A DNA stretch of 54,645 nucleotides from a virus (IMGVR_UViG_3300048833_000212:1-54645); one strand, 5' to 3'. Counted from the stretch's first letter, positions 9,048 through 18,886 are shown. The notes: generated by a model not told the origin, from the letters alone. Translations and numbers: made by a program.

Positions 9048-9305
9048 ATGAGCAACGACGAAGACATCATGGGCCAGTATGGCGAGGATCGCATCACGGG
9101 CTTCCGTGGGCGCATCACAGGCATTGTGCGCTACATCAGCGGCTGCACCCAGGTGCTGCTGACTCCGAAGGTCGGCACCGATGGGAAGATGCCGGAAGGC
9201 CAGTTCATCGACATCCAGCGCATCAAGGTCGATGAGACGGTGGTGCGCATCATGCTCGACAACGCGCCCACGCCCGGCTTCGATCAGCTGCCGAAGGCGC
9301 GCTGA
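9048..9305 (+). CDS. conserved small phage protein
   Basis: DRITGFRGRITG...YISGC.Q.LLTP motif. Confidence 0.75.
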   Translation: MSNDEDIMGQYGEDRITGFRGRITGIVRYISGCTQVLLTPKVGTDGKMPEGQFIDIQRIKVDETVVRIMLDNAPTPGFDQLPKAR

Positions 9306-10414
9306 TGTCTGACCTCCGCACCAAGAAGCCATGGGTGTCGCCTCGGCTGCGCACTGGCTATTCCTTCCGGACGGCAGCGGGGATGCTGCCTGAAATCTTC
9401 ACGCGCTTGAAGGAGATTGGGGCGGAGGTCGCGCCAATCACAGACACAGCATCGACCTTCGGCTATGCAAAATGGGCGAAGGGAGCGAAGGATGCCGGGC
9501 TGCGGCCGATCTTCGGCGTGGAACTCTCCGTCACCCCTGCACCGAATGCGAAGAAGCCGGTGAGCAGCGCATGGACGTTCCTCGCCCACGACAGCATCCA
9601 GCCAATCAACAGGCTGGTGAACCTCGCCACATCGCAGTTCCGCTATGAGCCGCTGCTCACCTATGAGCAGGCAATGACAGTGGAGGGAGTGACGAAGATC
9701 GCAGGGCACGCCGCGCTGCTCAGCGAGATGTCGCCAGCACCCGACCTCTTCATGGGCCTTTCGCCTTCGTCGCCACGCGGTCAGGTTGTGGCAGCGATGA
9801 AGGCAGGCTTCCGTCTCATCGCCATCGGTGACAACCGCTTCCCGGCGCCGGGGGATTTGGCGCTGTATGAACTCGCTGCCGGGCGGAACTCCGGCACGCA
9901 GACTTATCCCCAGCACATCCTCAGCGAGGAAGAGTGGCGCGAGGCGATGGCCATGCTGCGGCTCACGGATGATGTGCTGGACGGCGCGCTGGTGGAGGCG
10001 AGCATCGCGCTGGAGAGGTCCACTGCGTCTCTCCGGAAGGCGACGATGGTGAAGCCTGCCCGACCGAAGACGTTGCGCGAGATGGCGGAGGATGGAGCGA
10101 GGCGCCGGGGGATAGACCTCGCTGACCCGGTCTATGCAGCGCGGCTGGAAAGGGAACTCTCCATCATCGAAGCGAAGCGGCTGGAGGATTACTTTTTCCT
10201 GATGGCCGACATCATGCAGTTCAGCCGGGCGCACATGCTGTGTGGACCGGCGCGCGGCTCCGCTGCCGGCTCGCTTCTCTCGTTCCTGCTCGACATCACG
10301 ACCATCGACCCCATCCCTGGTGGCCTACTGTTCGAGCGTTTCCTGGACGTGACGCGTGGTGGCTGGTTCTTCAAGACGGATTGGCTCAAGAATGTGATGG
10401 AGACGGAATCATGA
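9305..10414 (+). CDS. dnaE: DNA polymerase III alpha, N-terminal part (PHP domain + first palm segment)
   Basis: RTGYSF, PIFGVEL, ARLERELSII...YF, GPARGSAAGSL...ITTIDPI..GLLFERFLD. Confidence 0.92.
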   Translation: MSDLRTKKPWVSPRLRTGYSFRTAAGMLPEIFTRLKEIGAEVAPITDTASTFGYAKWAKGAKDAGLRPIFGVELSVTPAPNAKKPVSSAWTFLAHDSIQPINRLVNLATSQFRYEPLLTYEQAMTVEGVTKIAGHAALLSEMSPAPDLFMGLSPSSPRGQVVAAMKAGFRLIAIGDNRFPAPGDLALYELAAGRNSGTQTYPQHILSEEEWREAMAMLRLTDDVLDGALVEASIALERSTASLRKATMVKPARPKTLREMAEDGARRRGIDLADPVYAARLERELSIIEAKRLEDYFFLMADIMQFSRAHMLCGPARGSAAGSLLSFLLDITTIDPIPGGLLFERFLDVTRGGWFFKTDWLKNVMETES

Positions 10415-10593
10415 AGGTGAAGGAGTGCCGGACCTGCATCCATCGTCGCGAGGGGATGCTGGCTGTGGACCCATACGAGTGCCGCCGCTATCCTCCAGCA
10501 GTTGTCACATGGGATCATACTCGCAACCAGACGGTATGGCCGAAGGTCAAGCCAAACGACTGGTGCGGCGAATGGAAGGAAGACAAGTCATGA
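10411..10593 (+). CDS. small Cys-rich phage protein
   Basis: CRTC...CRRYPP...WPKV...DWCGEW. Confidence 0.75.
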   Translation: MKVKECRTCIHRREGMLAVDPYECRRYPPAVVTWDHTRNQTVWPKVKPNDWCGEWKEDKS

Positions 10594-10811
10594 GCGAGAC
10601 AAAGGCCCATCTACAGAATGTGATGAAGGCACTGGAAGACATCATCCCAGGCTGCGCCATCGTCCTGCTGGTTGCACCCTTCAATGCGCCGGAAGGAGCG
10701 AGGGTGAACTACATCTCCAACGGGAAGCGCGAGACGATGCTGGTGCTGCTGAAGGAGTTTGTCGCACGCGCCGAAGGTCGCGCCCACGACGCTCCGGAGA
10801 GGAAGCAATGA
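10590..10811 (+). CDS. hypothetical protein
   Basis: IVLLVAPF...RVNYISNGKR motif; ATGA overlap. Confidence 0.75.
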   Translation: MSETKAHLQNVMKALEDIIPGCAIVLLVAPFNAPEGARVNYISNGKRETMLVLLKEFVARAEGRAHDAPERKQ

Positions 10812-11125
10812 GCGAGACGAAGAAAAGGCGACAGGTCTTCTGCCGCGTCAAGCACACGAAGGCAGGGACGGACATTGCCCCATGCGATGCACTCTCATCA
10901 GTCCTGATTTATTCGTATGGCGGCGCAGGCGCTAGGCTCGCCACAATGTTCCCATTCACAGATGGCATCCCGCAAGAGGGAAGGAACAAGCGCCTTGTAA
11001 TTGCGCCGACGAAGAAGCAAGGCAAAGGAGTGGTGGCGAACTTCTGCCCGTATTGTGGCGAGCCTCTGACGGAGGGTGGTCGCGGTTTCGTTGCAGAGCA
11101 GGCGAAGCGAAGGTGCAAGGCATGA
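10808..11125 (+). CDS. hypothetical protein with FCPYCG Zn-knuckle
   Basis: ATGA overlaps at both ends. Confidence 0.7.
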   Translation: MSETKKRRQVFCRVKHTKAGTDIAPCDALSSVLIYSYGGAGARLATMFPFTDGIPQEGRNKRLVIAPTKKQGKGVVANFCPYCGEPLTEGGRGFVAEQAKRRCKA

Positions 11126-13200
11126 ACCCCATCGACGCGATCCGCGCCGCACTGATCCCCTCGCGCGTTCAGCAGGTGGGCCAGCAGGCGATTGACGATG
11201 AGATACACGCGCTCATCGCTGCCTTCGACTTCACGAAGTGGATGGTGGGGAGGCTCGATGCCGGAGCGCGCCTGTCCTCCGCTCATGGCTCTTCGCTGCT
11301 CTACTGCGTGGGCCTGGCCGACAATCCCCCGGCGCCGGGGGAGAAGAAGCATATGTGGTTTGACACGACGCTGCCGGACATCGACGTGGACCTGCAGGAC
11401 GATCTTCGCCACCTGACCTTCGCCCACATCGAAGCGACCTATGGGAAGGAGCGGGTGGCGCGCCTCGGAACGGTCGGCACCTTCAAGGCGCGCAGCGCGC
11501 TCCAGGAGGTCGGCATGGCACTCAAAATTCCGAAGTGGGAAACAGATGCTGTGGCTGACCAGATGATCAAGCGATCCTCCGGTGACGCTCGCGCGCAGCT
11601 GACGATCATCGACACGCTGGAGAATATGCCAGCTGGGAAGGACATGCTGAGGGACCATCCCGAAGCGATCATCGTGACGCGCATCGAAGGCCACCCGAAG
11701 AACGCAGGCCAACACGCGGCAGGCGTCGTCATCTCCAATGATGCCATTGATGAGATTGTCGCGGTGGATGCTCGCACAGGTGCTGCTATGTGCGACAAGG
11801 ATGATGCGGAGGGAGCGTATGGCCTCCTGAAGGCGGACATCCTCGGCCTCACGCAGCTGAGTGTCTTCGCGGAGACGCTGGAGCGTGCCGGCCTCCCGCG
11901 CGACTATCTGGACCACGTGCCGTATGACGACAAACTCGCCTTCGTTGTCATCAATGAGCGACGCTACAGCGGTGTGTTCCAGTTTGAGGGAGGCGCGCTG
12001 CAGAGCGTCGCACGCGCTGTGCACATCGACTCATTCAATGACTTCGTCGCGATGACGGCGCTGGCGCGTCCAGGGCCGCTCGCCAGTGGCTCCACCAACG
12101 AGTGGATCAACCGGCGCACAGGGAAGGATCGCGTCACCTATCCGCACGAGATGCTGCAGCCCTACATGGAAGAGACGCTGGGCGTCATCATCTACCAGGA
12201 GCAAATCCTCACCATCGGTCGCGCCGTTGGCGACCTCGACTGGCCTGAGTTGACTGCTCTTCGCAAGGCGATGAGCAAGAGCCTCGGCAAGGAATACTTC
12301 GACAGGTTCGGCAATCCATGGAAGAGCGCCGCGATACGGAAGGGGATGCCGACGCAGGTGGCGGAAGACGTGTGGACTGCGATGTGCGCATATGGATCGT
12401 ATGGCTTCAACAAGTCGCATGCCTACTCGTATGGACTCATCAGCTACTGGTGCGCTCACCTGAAGGCGCGCTATCCGCTGGAGTTCCTGGCGTCCACTCT
12501 CTCGCACACGAGCGACCCAGCGCAGCAGGTGGAACTCCTGCGCGACCTCCTGGCCGAAGGTTATGACTACATCCCCATTGATCCGTCTGTCTCCACCCAC
12601 CGCTGGGAGGTTGCGGAGAGGGAGGGGAAGAAGGTGGTGGTTGGACCTTTGACGGGTGTGCGTGGTATCGGCAGTGTGGCCGTCCAGAAAATCCTGAGCG
12701 CACGCGGCGCCGGGGAGCCGATGCCTGCGCGCTATGCGAAGCTGCTGGAGGCTCCGAAGACTGACATTGACTCGCTGTTCCCGATACGGGATGCGATCCG
12801 GCGCTGCACTCCGGACCTCCGTGAGAAGAACATCCACACGCCTCCCACGATGATCAGCGTGCTGGAGCACATGCCCGACAACAGCGAGGTTCTCATCATT
12901 GGCGTCCTGCTGAAGATCAACCAGCGTGACGAGAATGAGGAAATCAAGATCGCACGGCGCGGTGGGAAGCGCGTGACGGATGGCTTCCTGCTCTCGCTGA
13001 ATTTGAACATCAAGGATGACACCGGCCAGTTCTTCGCGAAGGTTGGCCGCTTCGATTTCGATGTGCTGGGGAAGCGCATCCTGGACCATGGCCGCGCAGG
13101 GAAGGCCATCTGGGCATTGAAGGGAAGGCTCTTCAAGCGCGGCTCCTTCTCAATGCTGACAGTGCGCAACGCGCGCCTCATCGGTGACCTCGATGAGTAG
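11122..13200 (+). CDS. dnaE: DNA polymerase III alpha, C-terminal part (catalytic palm, fingers, HhH, OB)
   Basis: LPDIDVD, GQHAAGVVI, LLKADILGL, GVFQFE, ALARPGPL, IIYQEQ, YGFNKSHA. Confidence 0.95.
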   Translation: MNPIDAIRAALIPSRVQQVGQQAIDDEIHALIAAFDFTKWMVGRLDAGARLSSAHGSSLLYCVGLADNPPAPGEKKHMWFDTTLPDIDVDLQDDLRHLTFAHIEATYGKERVARLGTVGTFKARSALQEVGMALKIPKWETDAVADQMIKRSSGDARAQLTIIDTLENMPAGKDMLRDHPEAIIVTRIEGHPKNAGQHAAGVVISNDAIDEIVAVDARTGAAMCDKDDAEGAYGLLKADILGLTQLSVFAETLERAGLPRDYLDHVPYDDKLAFVVINERRYSGVFQFEGGALQSVARAVHIDSFNDFVAMTALARPGPLASGSTNEWINRRTGKDRVTYPHEMLQPYMEETLGVIIYQEQILTIGRAVGDLDWPELTALRKAMSKSLGKEYFDRFGNPWKSAAIRKGMPTQVAEDVWTAMCAYGSYGFNKSHAYSYGLISYWCAHLKARYPLEFLASTLSHTSDPAQQVELLRDLLAEGYDYIPIDPSVSTHRWEVAEREGKKVVVGPLTGVRGIGSVAVQKILSARGAGEPMPARYAKLLEAPKTDIDSLFPIRDAIRRCTPDLREKNIHTPPTMISVLEHMPDNSEVLIIGVLLKINQRDENEEIKIARRGGKRVTDGFLLSLNLNIKDDTGQFFAKVGRFDFDVLGKRILDHGRAGKAIWALKGRLFKRGSFSMLTVRNARLIGDLDE

Positions 13201-13202
13201 CC

Positions 13203-13231
13203 TTCCCTTCGCGTCTGAGGAAGCGGAGGAT
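13203..13231 (+). promoter_or_regulatory. putative promoter TTCCCT-N17-GAGGAT
   Basis: One of five intergenic copies of TT(C/T)CCT with an identical 17-nt spacer. Confidence 0.5.
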
Positions 13232-13320
13232 AGGAGGCTGTGGGCGGGCAATCCTGCCAAGATGGCCGCTCATCACCATATCCCCTGCGACCAAACGCCC
13301 ACAGCACCTGGAACGAGAGA

Positions 13321-13671
13321 ATGACCGAACATCGATGTGCCGGAAGAGTTTTCACGCCCGGCTCCTTCCGTGACTCCGCCTGCTCCCGGAAGGGGAAGCA
13401 CTTCCAGAAGGAACGCTGGTGGTGCGGCACTCACCTCCCATCGAAGGAGGAAGAGCGAAGGGCAGAGCGGAACCGAATTGGCGATCTGAAGAGCGCCGTG
13501 ATGCGCGCAGGCTGGGACCGGGAGAAGATCGCAGGCGACCTCATCAAGGCCGCAATCGCCGCAACGAAGCAGCGTGGCTCGTGGACGCGCGTGGAAGAAC
13601 TCTCGGCGGAACTCGTGGCAGCAGAAGAGAAGATTGCCGCAGCGCAACGCAAGCTGGAGGAAGAACGGTGA
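13321..13671 (+). CDS. hypothetical protein (C...C...CxxH, coiled-coil tail)
   Basis: GGAACGAGAGA precedes the ATG. Confidence 0.7.
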   Translation: MTEHRCAGRVFTPGSFRDSACSRKGKHFQKERWWCGTHLPSKEEERRAERNRIGDLKSAVMRAGWDREKIAGDLIKAAIAATKQRGSWTRVEELSAELVAAEEKIAAAQRKLEEER

Positions 13672-13889
13672 TCAGTATCAATGGCATTTCCGCTACGAAA
13701 ATATACACTGACGACAATCTAATGGAGATGGAGCCTTATCCCCGCTCTCCGTCGCGAGCGAGGCGTCGCACTGCTTTGGGATACAAGCAGCACATGCGCG
13801 AGGTTCCGATGAAGAAGGCATTCCGGGTCGGGGAGGCACTGTGGATGCATCCGGCGCTCTTCGCAGAGTTGAAGGAGAAGATGAAATGA
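13668..13889 (+). CDS. hypothetical protein
   Basis: GTGA overlap; GGAGG RBS. Confidence 0.65.
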   Translation: MISINGISATKIYTDDNLMEMEPYPRSPSRARRRTALGYKQHMREVPMKKAFRVGEALWMHPALFAELKEKMK

Positions 13890-14119
13890 GCATCATCGAA
13901 GCCAAGCAGATCGCAGACGTTGACGACATCAACAAGGATGATGTTCCAGAAATCGCAGACATCGAGATGCTGCGCGAGATGGTCTATGCGGCGCAGGCTC
14001 ACGAGCGTGAAGGGACATTCGTCGCCATCACTGTCGATGCGCTGCGTGACCTTCTCTCCCGTCAGCTGTCGTCGCCCACTGCTGCGAAGAACTTCGTGCG
14101 CGTCCAGAGGTCGCAATGA
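13886..14119 (+). CDS. hypothetical protein
   Basis: ATGA overlaps; AAGGAG RBS. Confidence 0.65.
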   Translation: MSIIEAKQIADVDDINKDDVPEIADIEMLREMVYAAQAHEREGTFVAITVDALRDLLSRQLSSPTAAKNFVRVQRSQ

Positions 14120-15324
14120 TCAGCAACGAAGAGTTCCTGCAAACCGTATTCGGTGACGGGTGGCTCGCTGCACATCTCGCGTCCTTCGTGGATGATCCCA
14201 CGAGCGAGACGATGGACAGGAAGAAGTGGGGTGGCGGCGCCGCGAAGGAGAAGCTGCTGTGGGCCATCCCGACACGCAACAACTACTTCACAGTGTCCCT
14301 CTTCGCGAGGGACGATGAAGGGATCGCACGGCGCCGCAAGGCGCTGTTCCTGTCTATGCATCTCGTGGTGGTGGATGACGTGGACGAAGGGAAGGTGAAG
14401 AGCGAGACAGCGCGCCGTCTCCTGGGGGAGCCTTCCTATCGTCTCGAAACCTCCCCCGGCAACGAGCAGTGGGGATACCTCTTCGATGAGCCGCTGCGCG
14501 ACCGCTTCGCGGGTGAACTGCTCGTGGAAGCGATGGTGGCCCAGGGACTGACGACCACCGGCACCGATCCCGGCATGAAGGGTGTCACGCGATACGTGCG
14601 CCTCCCGGTTGGCACGAACATGAAGGCCAAGTATGGCGCCACCGGCTTCCGGACAGTGCTCCACGAATGGGCTCCGGAGCGCCGCTACAGCCCTGCGATC
14701 CTCGCCCAGGCCTTCGGCCTGCCCGACCTCGCGGAAGCCGCCCGCGTGGCCTGCAGGCGCGCGGAGATGGAACGGGAGGGGCTGGAGGGGAAGGGAGAGG
14801 ATGCGCTGCTGGCCGCACTCACCTTCCTCGGAAAGGTGAAGGACACCCGGCGCCGGGGAGATGCGGTGGACATCACCTGCCCGTTCATCGACACGCACAC
14901 GGGACGGGTGGACACAGGGACTGCCTACATGATCGGTGGCGGCGGCATCTCCTGCCATCATGGCCACTGCGTCGGGAGGTCGCGTGGAGAGTATGTTCAG
15001 AAGATCAAAGATGAACTCAGCGGGATTGTCGATGAGCGAGCAGCGGAGGCAGCTGCTGTAATTTACAGCATCAGCGCGCTGGCAGACCTCCGCCGCTCCC
15101 TTCGGCTCACTGCCTTCGGCCTGATGCGGCGCGGGTTGAAGGCGGAGGATCGCATCCGCGATATGGCCAACGAAGAGATTGATGATGCGAGTGTGGCAGA
15201 GGAAGAGATGTGGGCAGCCATCGCATGGGCGCGGGAGAAGGTGCAGGAGATTGAGACGAAGGAGAAGGTGGTGGAGGCTCCGATAAAGACAGTTAAATTC
15301 GATGTGCCGGAGGAATGGCTGTGA
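14116..15324 (+). CDS. RepB-type (AEP) DNA primase with Zn-binding domain
   Basis: VVVDDV, LETSPGNEQWGY, RYVRLPVGTN.K, CPF...H...CHHGHC. Confidence 0.85.
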   Translation: MISNEEFLQTVFGDGWLAAHLASFVDDPTSETMDRKKWGGGAAKEKLLWAIPTRNNYFTVSLFARDDEGIARRRKALFLSMHLVVVDDVDEGKVKSETARRLLGEPSYRLETSPGNEQWGYLFDEPLRDRFAGELLVEAMVAQGLTTTGTDPGMKGVTRYVRLPVGTNMKAKYGATGFRTVLHEWAPERRYSPAILAQAFGLPDLAEAARVACRRAEMEREGLEGKGEDALLAALTFLGKVKDTRRRGDAVDITCPFIDTHTGRVDTGTAYMIGGGGISCHHGHCVGRSRGEYVQKIKDELSGIVDERAAEAAAVIYSISALADLRRSLRLTAFGLMRRGLKAEDRIRDMANEEIDDASVAEEEMWAAIAWAREKVQEIETKEKVVEAPIKTVKFDVPEEWL

Positions 15325-17972
15325 GTATCGTTCATTGGTTGGCGAGCCGGGACGGGAGCGAAAGCCGCCCCACATCGCTGCTGAGCGGGATGGGCATTCG
15401 CGTCTCCCCGCTGTATGAGAGCGAGTATCACCGCAACTGGCTGAAGGGCCAAGGCGCAGAGGCGCGTGGCATCCTGACGGCCATCGTGCGGGAGGAAGCG
15501 AAGAATGGCACGTGGAAGGACACGAAGGCGATCCACTTCAATGTGGACGGGACGCCCAGCCACATCGTCTCCGCCAGCGGCGCGGTGGCCAACATCGAAG
15601 TGCTGCCGACTGAACGCAATGCCTTCCTCGCTGCCTTCGCTGCGCATCCCTTCGGGGAGAAGGTCGGTGCGGAGGTTCCGGACAGGCTGAGCAATAAGCA
15701 GATTGCCCAGCTGATGGACCTTCCGCCCTTTGCACGGGAGCATGGCGAACTCTTCTTCTTCCGCAATGAGAATGGAGCAGTCACCTTCGTTCACCAGCGG
15801 ATCGAAGTGAACAGTGCGAAGGTCTATGTGGCCTGGCACCTTCGGGAGGTCAGCGGCTCCCTCACGTGGTTCGCCAGTGAACCGGAAGGTGCGCTGCCAA
15901 TCTACGGTGCCCACCTGCTCCCCGGCGCCGCAGGGAAGGTGATCTACATCCATGAGAGCGCGCGTGCGGCGGAGGGAGCCGCTAGGATCGCGCGGGAGGC
16001 TGTTCTAGCGGCGGAGGCTCCGGAGGGACCGGAAGAGAAGCGGAGCCGCCTAGGCGCCCATCCCTGGGGCGAGGAACTAGCGGGCGCAGTCCATGTCGGG
16101 TGGCTCAGCGGCGGGATGAACGTGGAGCGGACCTCCTGGGCCGGCATCAACTCAGCCGCGCCATCGGATGTCGTCATCGTCGCGGACAATGATGAGTCTG
16201 GCCTCGCAAGCATCCCCAAGATCGCGAAGAGCCTGTTCATGACGACCAGTGCGGTGAAGTTCAACTCTTCCTTCCCGGTTGGCTTCGACATGGGTGACCC
16301 ATATCCCGACAGCGCGCGACGGTGGAAGAACGGGAAGCTGAAGCCGCTCCACCTTCAGCGACTGGAACTCATGAAGGTCTTCGCGACATGGGCGACGGAA
16401 GCCTACACGGTGCCGACCGCGAACGGCACAAAGGTGAAGTATCGCGTGCGACGCTCCTTCGCTCGCGCGGTGGGCTATGTGAAGAACATCGACCGCTTCG
16501 TGGTGCGGTCTGCGCCGACACCTGCTCTTGGCTCTTTGACCTTTGACAAAGCGTTCCGCTCCTTCTCCGATGTCGCACAGCTGAGCAATGTCGTTGTGGA
16601 GGATGCTGAGACGATCTTCGACAGCCTGGCATACGTGCCCGGCTCACCGACCGGCGCGATGATGCGTGACTCCATGATGCTCCTGAACACGTATCGGCCA
16701 CCGCTGATCCCCCGGCGCCGGGGAGATGTGAGGCTGTTCGATGAGTTCATGCGCTACCTCGTGCCAGGCGAGGAAGACCGCCTCAACCTCCTGCGGATCA
16801 TCGCGACGATTGTGGCGCATCCGGAGCGCCGCATTCGCTACTCTGTGCTGCTCATCTCCACGCAGGAAGGTGTGGGGAAGAACACGCTCACGGATGCGAT
16901 CCTCCAGCCGCTCGTGGGCCCGCACAACGTCTCGGTCGTGGGCGAGAGCGGCATCACCGGCTCATTCAACGGGTGGGCAGCCAATCGTCGCGTCATCATC
17001 GTCCCGGAAATCTATGAGGGTCACTCGTTTACCACAGCCAACAAGCTGAAGTCAATGGTGACGGATGACCGGATCATGGTGAATGAGAAGAACCAGCCCG
17101 CATATGAGGTGGACAACAACATCACCTTCTTCGCCTGCTCCAACTCGCTGCAGGCTCTGAAGATTGCAGAGGCTGACCGCCGCTGGTTCCTTCCGCAGCT
17201 GTCGGAGGTCGCGTGGCCGCGCGAGCGGTTCGCTGAACTCCACGATGCTCTCTCGCATGGCGACCTTCTGCCAGCGATCATGGACTGGGCACACGAGTAT
17301 GGTGACTATGTCCAGGATGGAGCCACGGCGCCGCGAAGCACCTTCAAGGATGAGTTCATTGAAGGCTCGATCAGCGGCGTGCGCAACGAAACGGATGCGC
17401 TCACCGCGCTCATGAAGAGCCTGCGTGCGCCTCCGGACGGATACAAGAAGCGGCTGCTCACCATGATCAGCAAGCTGCCGTCTGACGGGAAGATGAGTGT
17501 GGAAGGGAGGATGGCCAACAATGAGGCCAAGATGTTCCTCCGTGACGTCATCGATGGGCCGCGTGCGGCGTCGCTCGCGATCCCTGTCCCGCTCGCAGTG
17601 ACGAGTAAGGAGGCGCTGGCTCATGCGACGAAGGCAGTGACCAATCGTGAGCGCATCTTCGACCGTGAGCTGGATGTGCGGAAGAGGATGCTGAAGGAGG
17701 GGCTGGTGGACGGTGGCCGGGTGATGATCGGCAACCGCATGGGGAGGATCGTCTGCAACCGCGCGTGCGAAGACCTCGTGCGGCAGTTCGTGCGCTGGTA
17801 TGAAGAGAAGATGGACGGTGGTGGGCAGGTTCTTCAGGACCATATCCTGGCCAATGCGCTCTATCGCGCGGCGCTGGTTTTCCCCTCTGAACTTCTTCCA
17901 GAAGAGATGGGCGCGGATGGTGGCGGCATTGTTCGCGAGACGATGCACGACGACTGGGAGAGGGATGAATGA
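15315..17972 (+). CDS. Toprim-like + DUF5906/SF3-type primase-helicase
   Basis: IYIHES, VIVADNDESG (Toprim); STQEGVGKN Walker A, IIVPEI, LKSMVTD...VNEKNQP, DRRW. Confidence 0.85.
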   Translation: MAVSIVHWLASRDGSESRPTSLLSGMGIRVSPLYESEYHRNWLKGQGAEARGILTAIVREEAKNGTWKDTKAIHFNVDGTPSHIVSASGAVANIEVLPTERNAFLAAFAAHPFGEKVGAEVPDRLSNKQIAQLMDLPPFAREHGELFFFRNENGAVTFVHQRIEVNSAKVYVAWHLREVSGSLTWFASEPEGALPIYGAHLLPGAAGKVIYIHESARAAEGAARIAREAVLAAEAPEGPEEKRSRLGAHPWGEELAGAVHVGWLSGGMNVERTSWAGINSAAPSDVVIVADNDESGLASIPKIAKSLFMTTSAVKFNSSFPVGFDMGDPYPDSARRWKNGKLKPLHLQRLELMKVFATWATEAYTVPTANGTKVKYRVRRSFARAVGYVKNIDRFVVRSAPTPALGSLTFDKAFRSFSDVAQLSNVVVEDAETIFDSLAYVPGSPTGAMMRDSMMLLNTYRPPLIPRRRGDVRLFDEFMRYLVPGEEDRLNLLRIIATIVAHPERRIRYSVLLISTQEGVGKNTLTDAILQPLVGPHNVSVVGESGITGSFNGWAANRRVIIVPEIYEGHSFTTANKLKSMVTDDRIMVNEKNQPAYEVDNNITFFACSNSLQALKIAEADRRWFLPQLSEVAWPRERFAELHDALSHGDLLPAIMDWAHEYGDYVQDGATAPRSTFKDEFIEGSISGVRNETDALTALMKSLRAPPDGYKKRLLTMISKLPSDGKMSVEGRMANNEAKMFLRDVIDGPRAASLAIPVPLAVTSKEALAHATKAVTNRERIFDRELDVRKRMLKEGLVDGGRVMIGNRMGRIVCNRACEDLVRQFVRWYEEKMDGGGQVLQDHILANALYRAALVFPSELLPEEMGADGGGIVRETMHDDWERDE

Positions 17973-18110
17973 GCGGAGGAACGGAAGTGGGCAGGAGGCT
18001 TGAAAATCGTTTCGGATTGACGACGGATGGCCAACTGTGTCCCGCTCGCTTCCGTTCCATCTTTTTCTTTTGAAGACTTGCTTCCTGGGGAGGTCGCGCG
18101 GCGCCGCGAA

Positions 18111-18313
18111 GAATGGATTGTGAGGATTGTGAAGAGGCTGCGGAAAACCGCGAAAAAGCCTTTTCCTACTACACAATCCATTCTCTCTAAATTGCTAGGA
18201 TAAAAAGAGGATAGGACTGAATAATATGTTGAGTAATAAAAAGCCGTTCGTTTCGTATATCATTATTACATACTATCTTTTATAGCCTATCAAATTTTTC
18301 CGAATGGATTGTG
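18111..18313. other. AT-rich putative replication origin with 12-bp repeats
   Basis: GAATGGATTGTG at 18111 and 18302, its reverse complement at 18172, and a very AT-rich core between them; lies downstream of the helicase gene. Confidence 0.6.
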
Positions 18314-18394
18314 GAGAACGGACTGTGCAACCTCCCGACCTCCCGGCGCCGCGTGTCCTACCGTTCCCGAAACTGTTGTTCAACGGAGAGTGAG

Positions 18395-18844
18395 ATGAGT
18401 GGAAAGTTGAAGCCCTTCATGAACGAAGGCGACGTGCGAAAGACGCTGATGAATGACAGTTGGAAAGGCTTCCGGATCGAAGCCGCTCATGGCGGAACTC
18501 TCGGCCTGCCGGACTGCTTCTGGCCGCACAACGGCATGACGATCTTCGCTGAGGTGAAGTGCGCGGTGCTGAGCGCGAGGAATGTGCTCACCTACTCGGT
18601 GCGCCCTGACCAGTGCCGCACTCTTGGGCCGATGAAGGAGCGTGGCATGCCTGTCATGTTCTATGTCGGAGAGAAGGGCACACGCCGCGTCTTCCTACTC
18701 GACATCAACGACACGACGCTCACTGGTCGCGTGTCGCTCAAATTCCCGGCACCGTGGTGGCGCATGGTGGAGGAAGAGGATGTGCGCAGCGAGTGGTGGC
18801 TGGATGACGTGGCTGAGTTCGCACTCAGTAAGCGACAGCGGTGA
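18395..18844 (+). CDS. PD-(D/E)xK nuclease / Holliday junction resolvase-like
   Basis: MNE...RIE...GLPDCF...AEVK...RPDQ. Confidence 0.8.
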   Translation: MSGKLKPFMNEGDVRKTLMNDSWKGFRIEAAHGGTLGLPDCFWPHNGMTIFAEVKCAVLSARNVLTYSVRPDQCRTLGPMKERGMPVMFYVGEKGTRRVFLLDINDTTLTGRVSLKFPAPWWRMVEEEDVRSEWWLDDVAEFALSKRQR

Positions 18845-18848
18845 ATGC

Positions 18849-18877
18849 TTCCCTTCTGTGCGACAAAGAGCGAAGGT
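18849..18877 (+). promoter_or_regulatory. putative promoter TTCCCT-N17-GAAGGT
   Basis: Same motif family; lies just upstream of the HNH ATG. Confidence 0.5.
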
Positions 18878-18886
18878 CAGGGCGCG

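Noticed and set aside
10358-11364. Split intein or group I intron in dnaE
   Set aside because: No intein terminal residues or recognisable intron core, and the gap holds three normally coupled ORFs. An atypical element cannot be fully excluded without RT-PCR.
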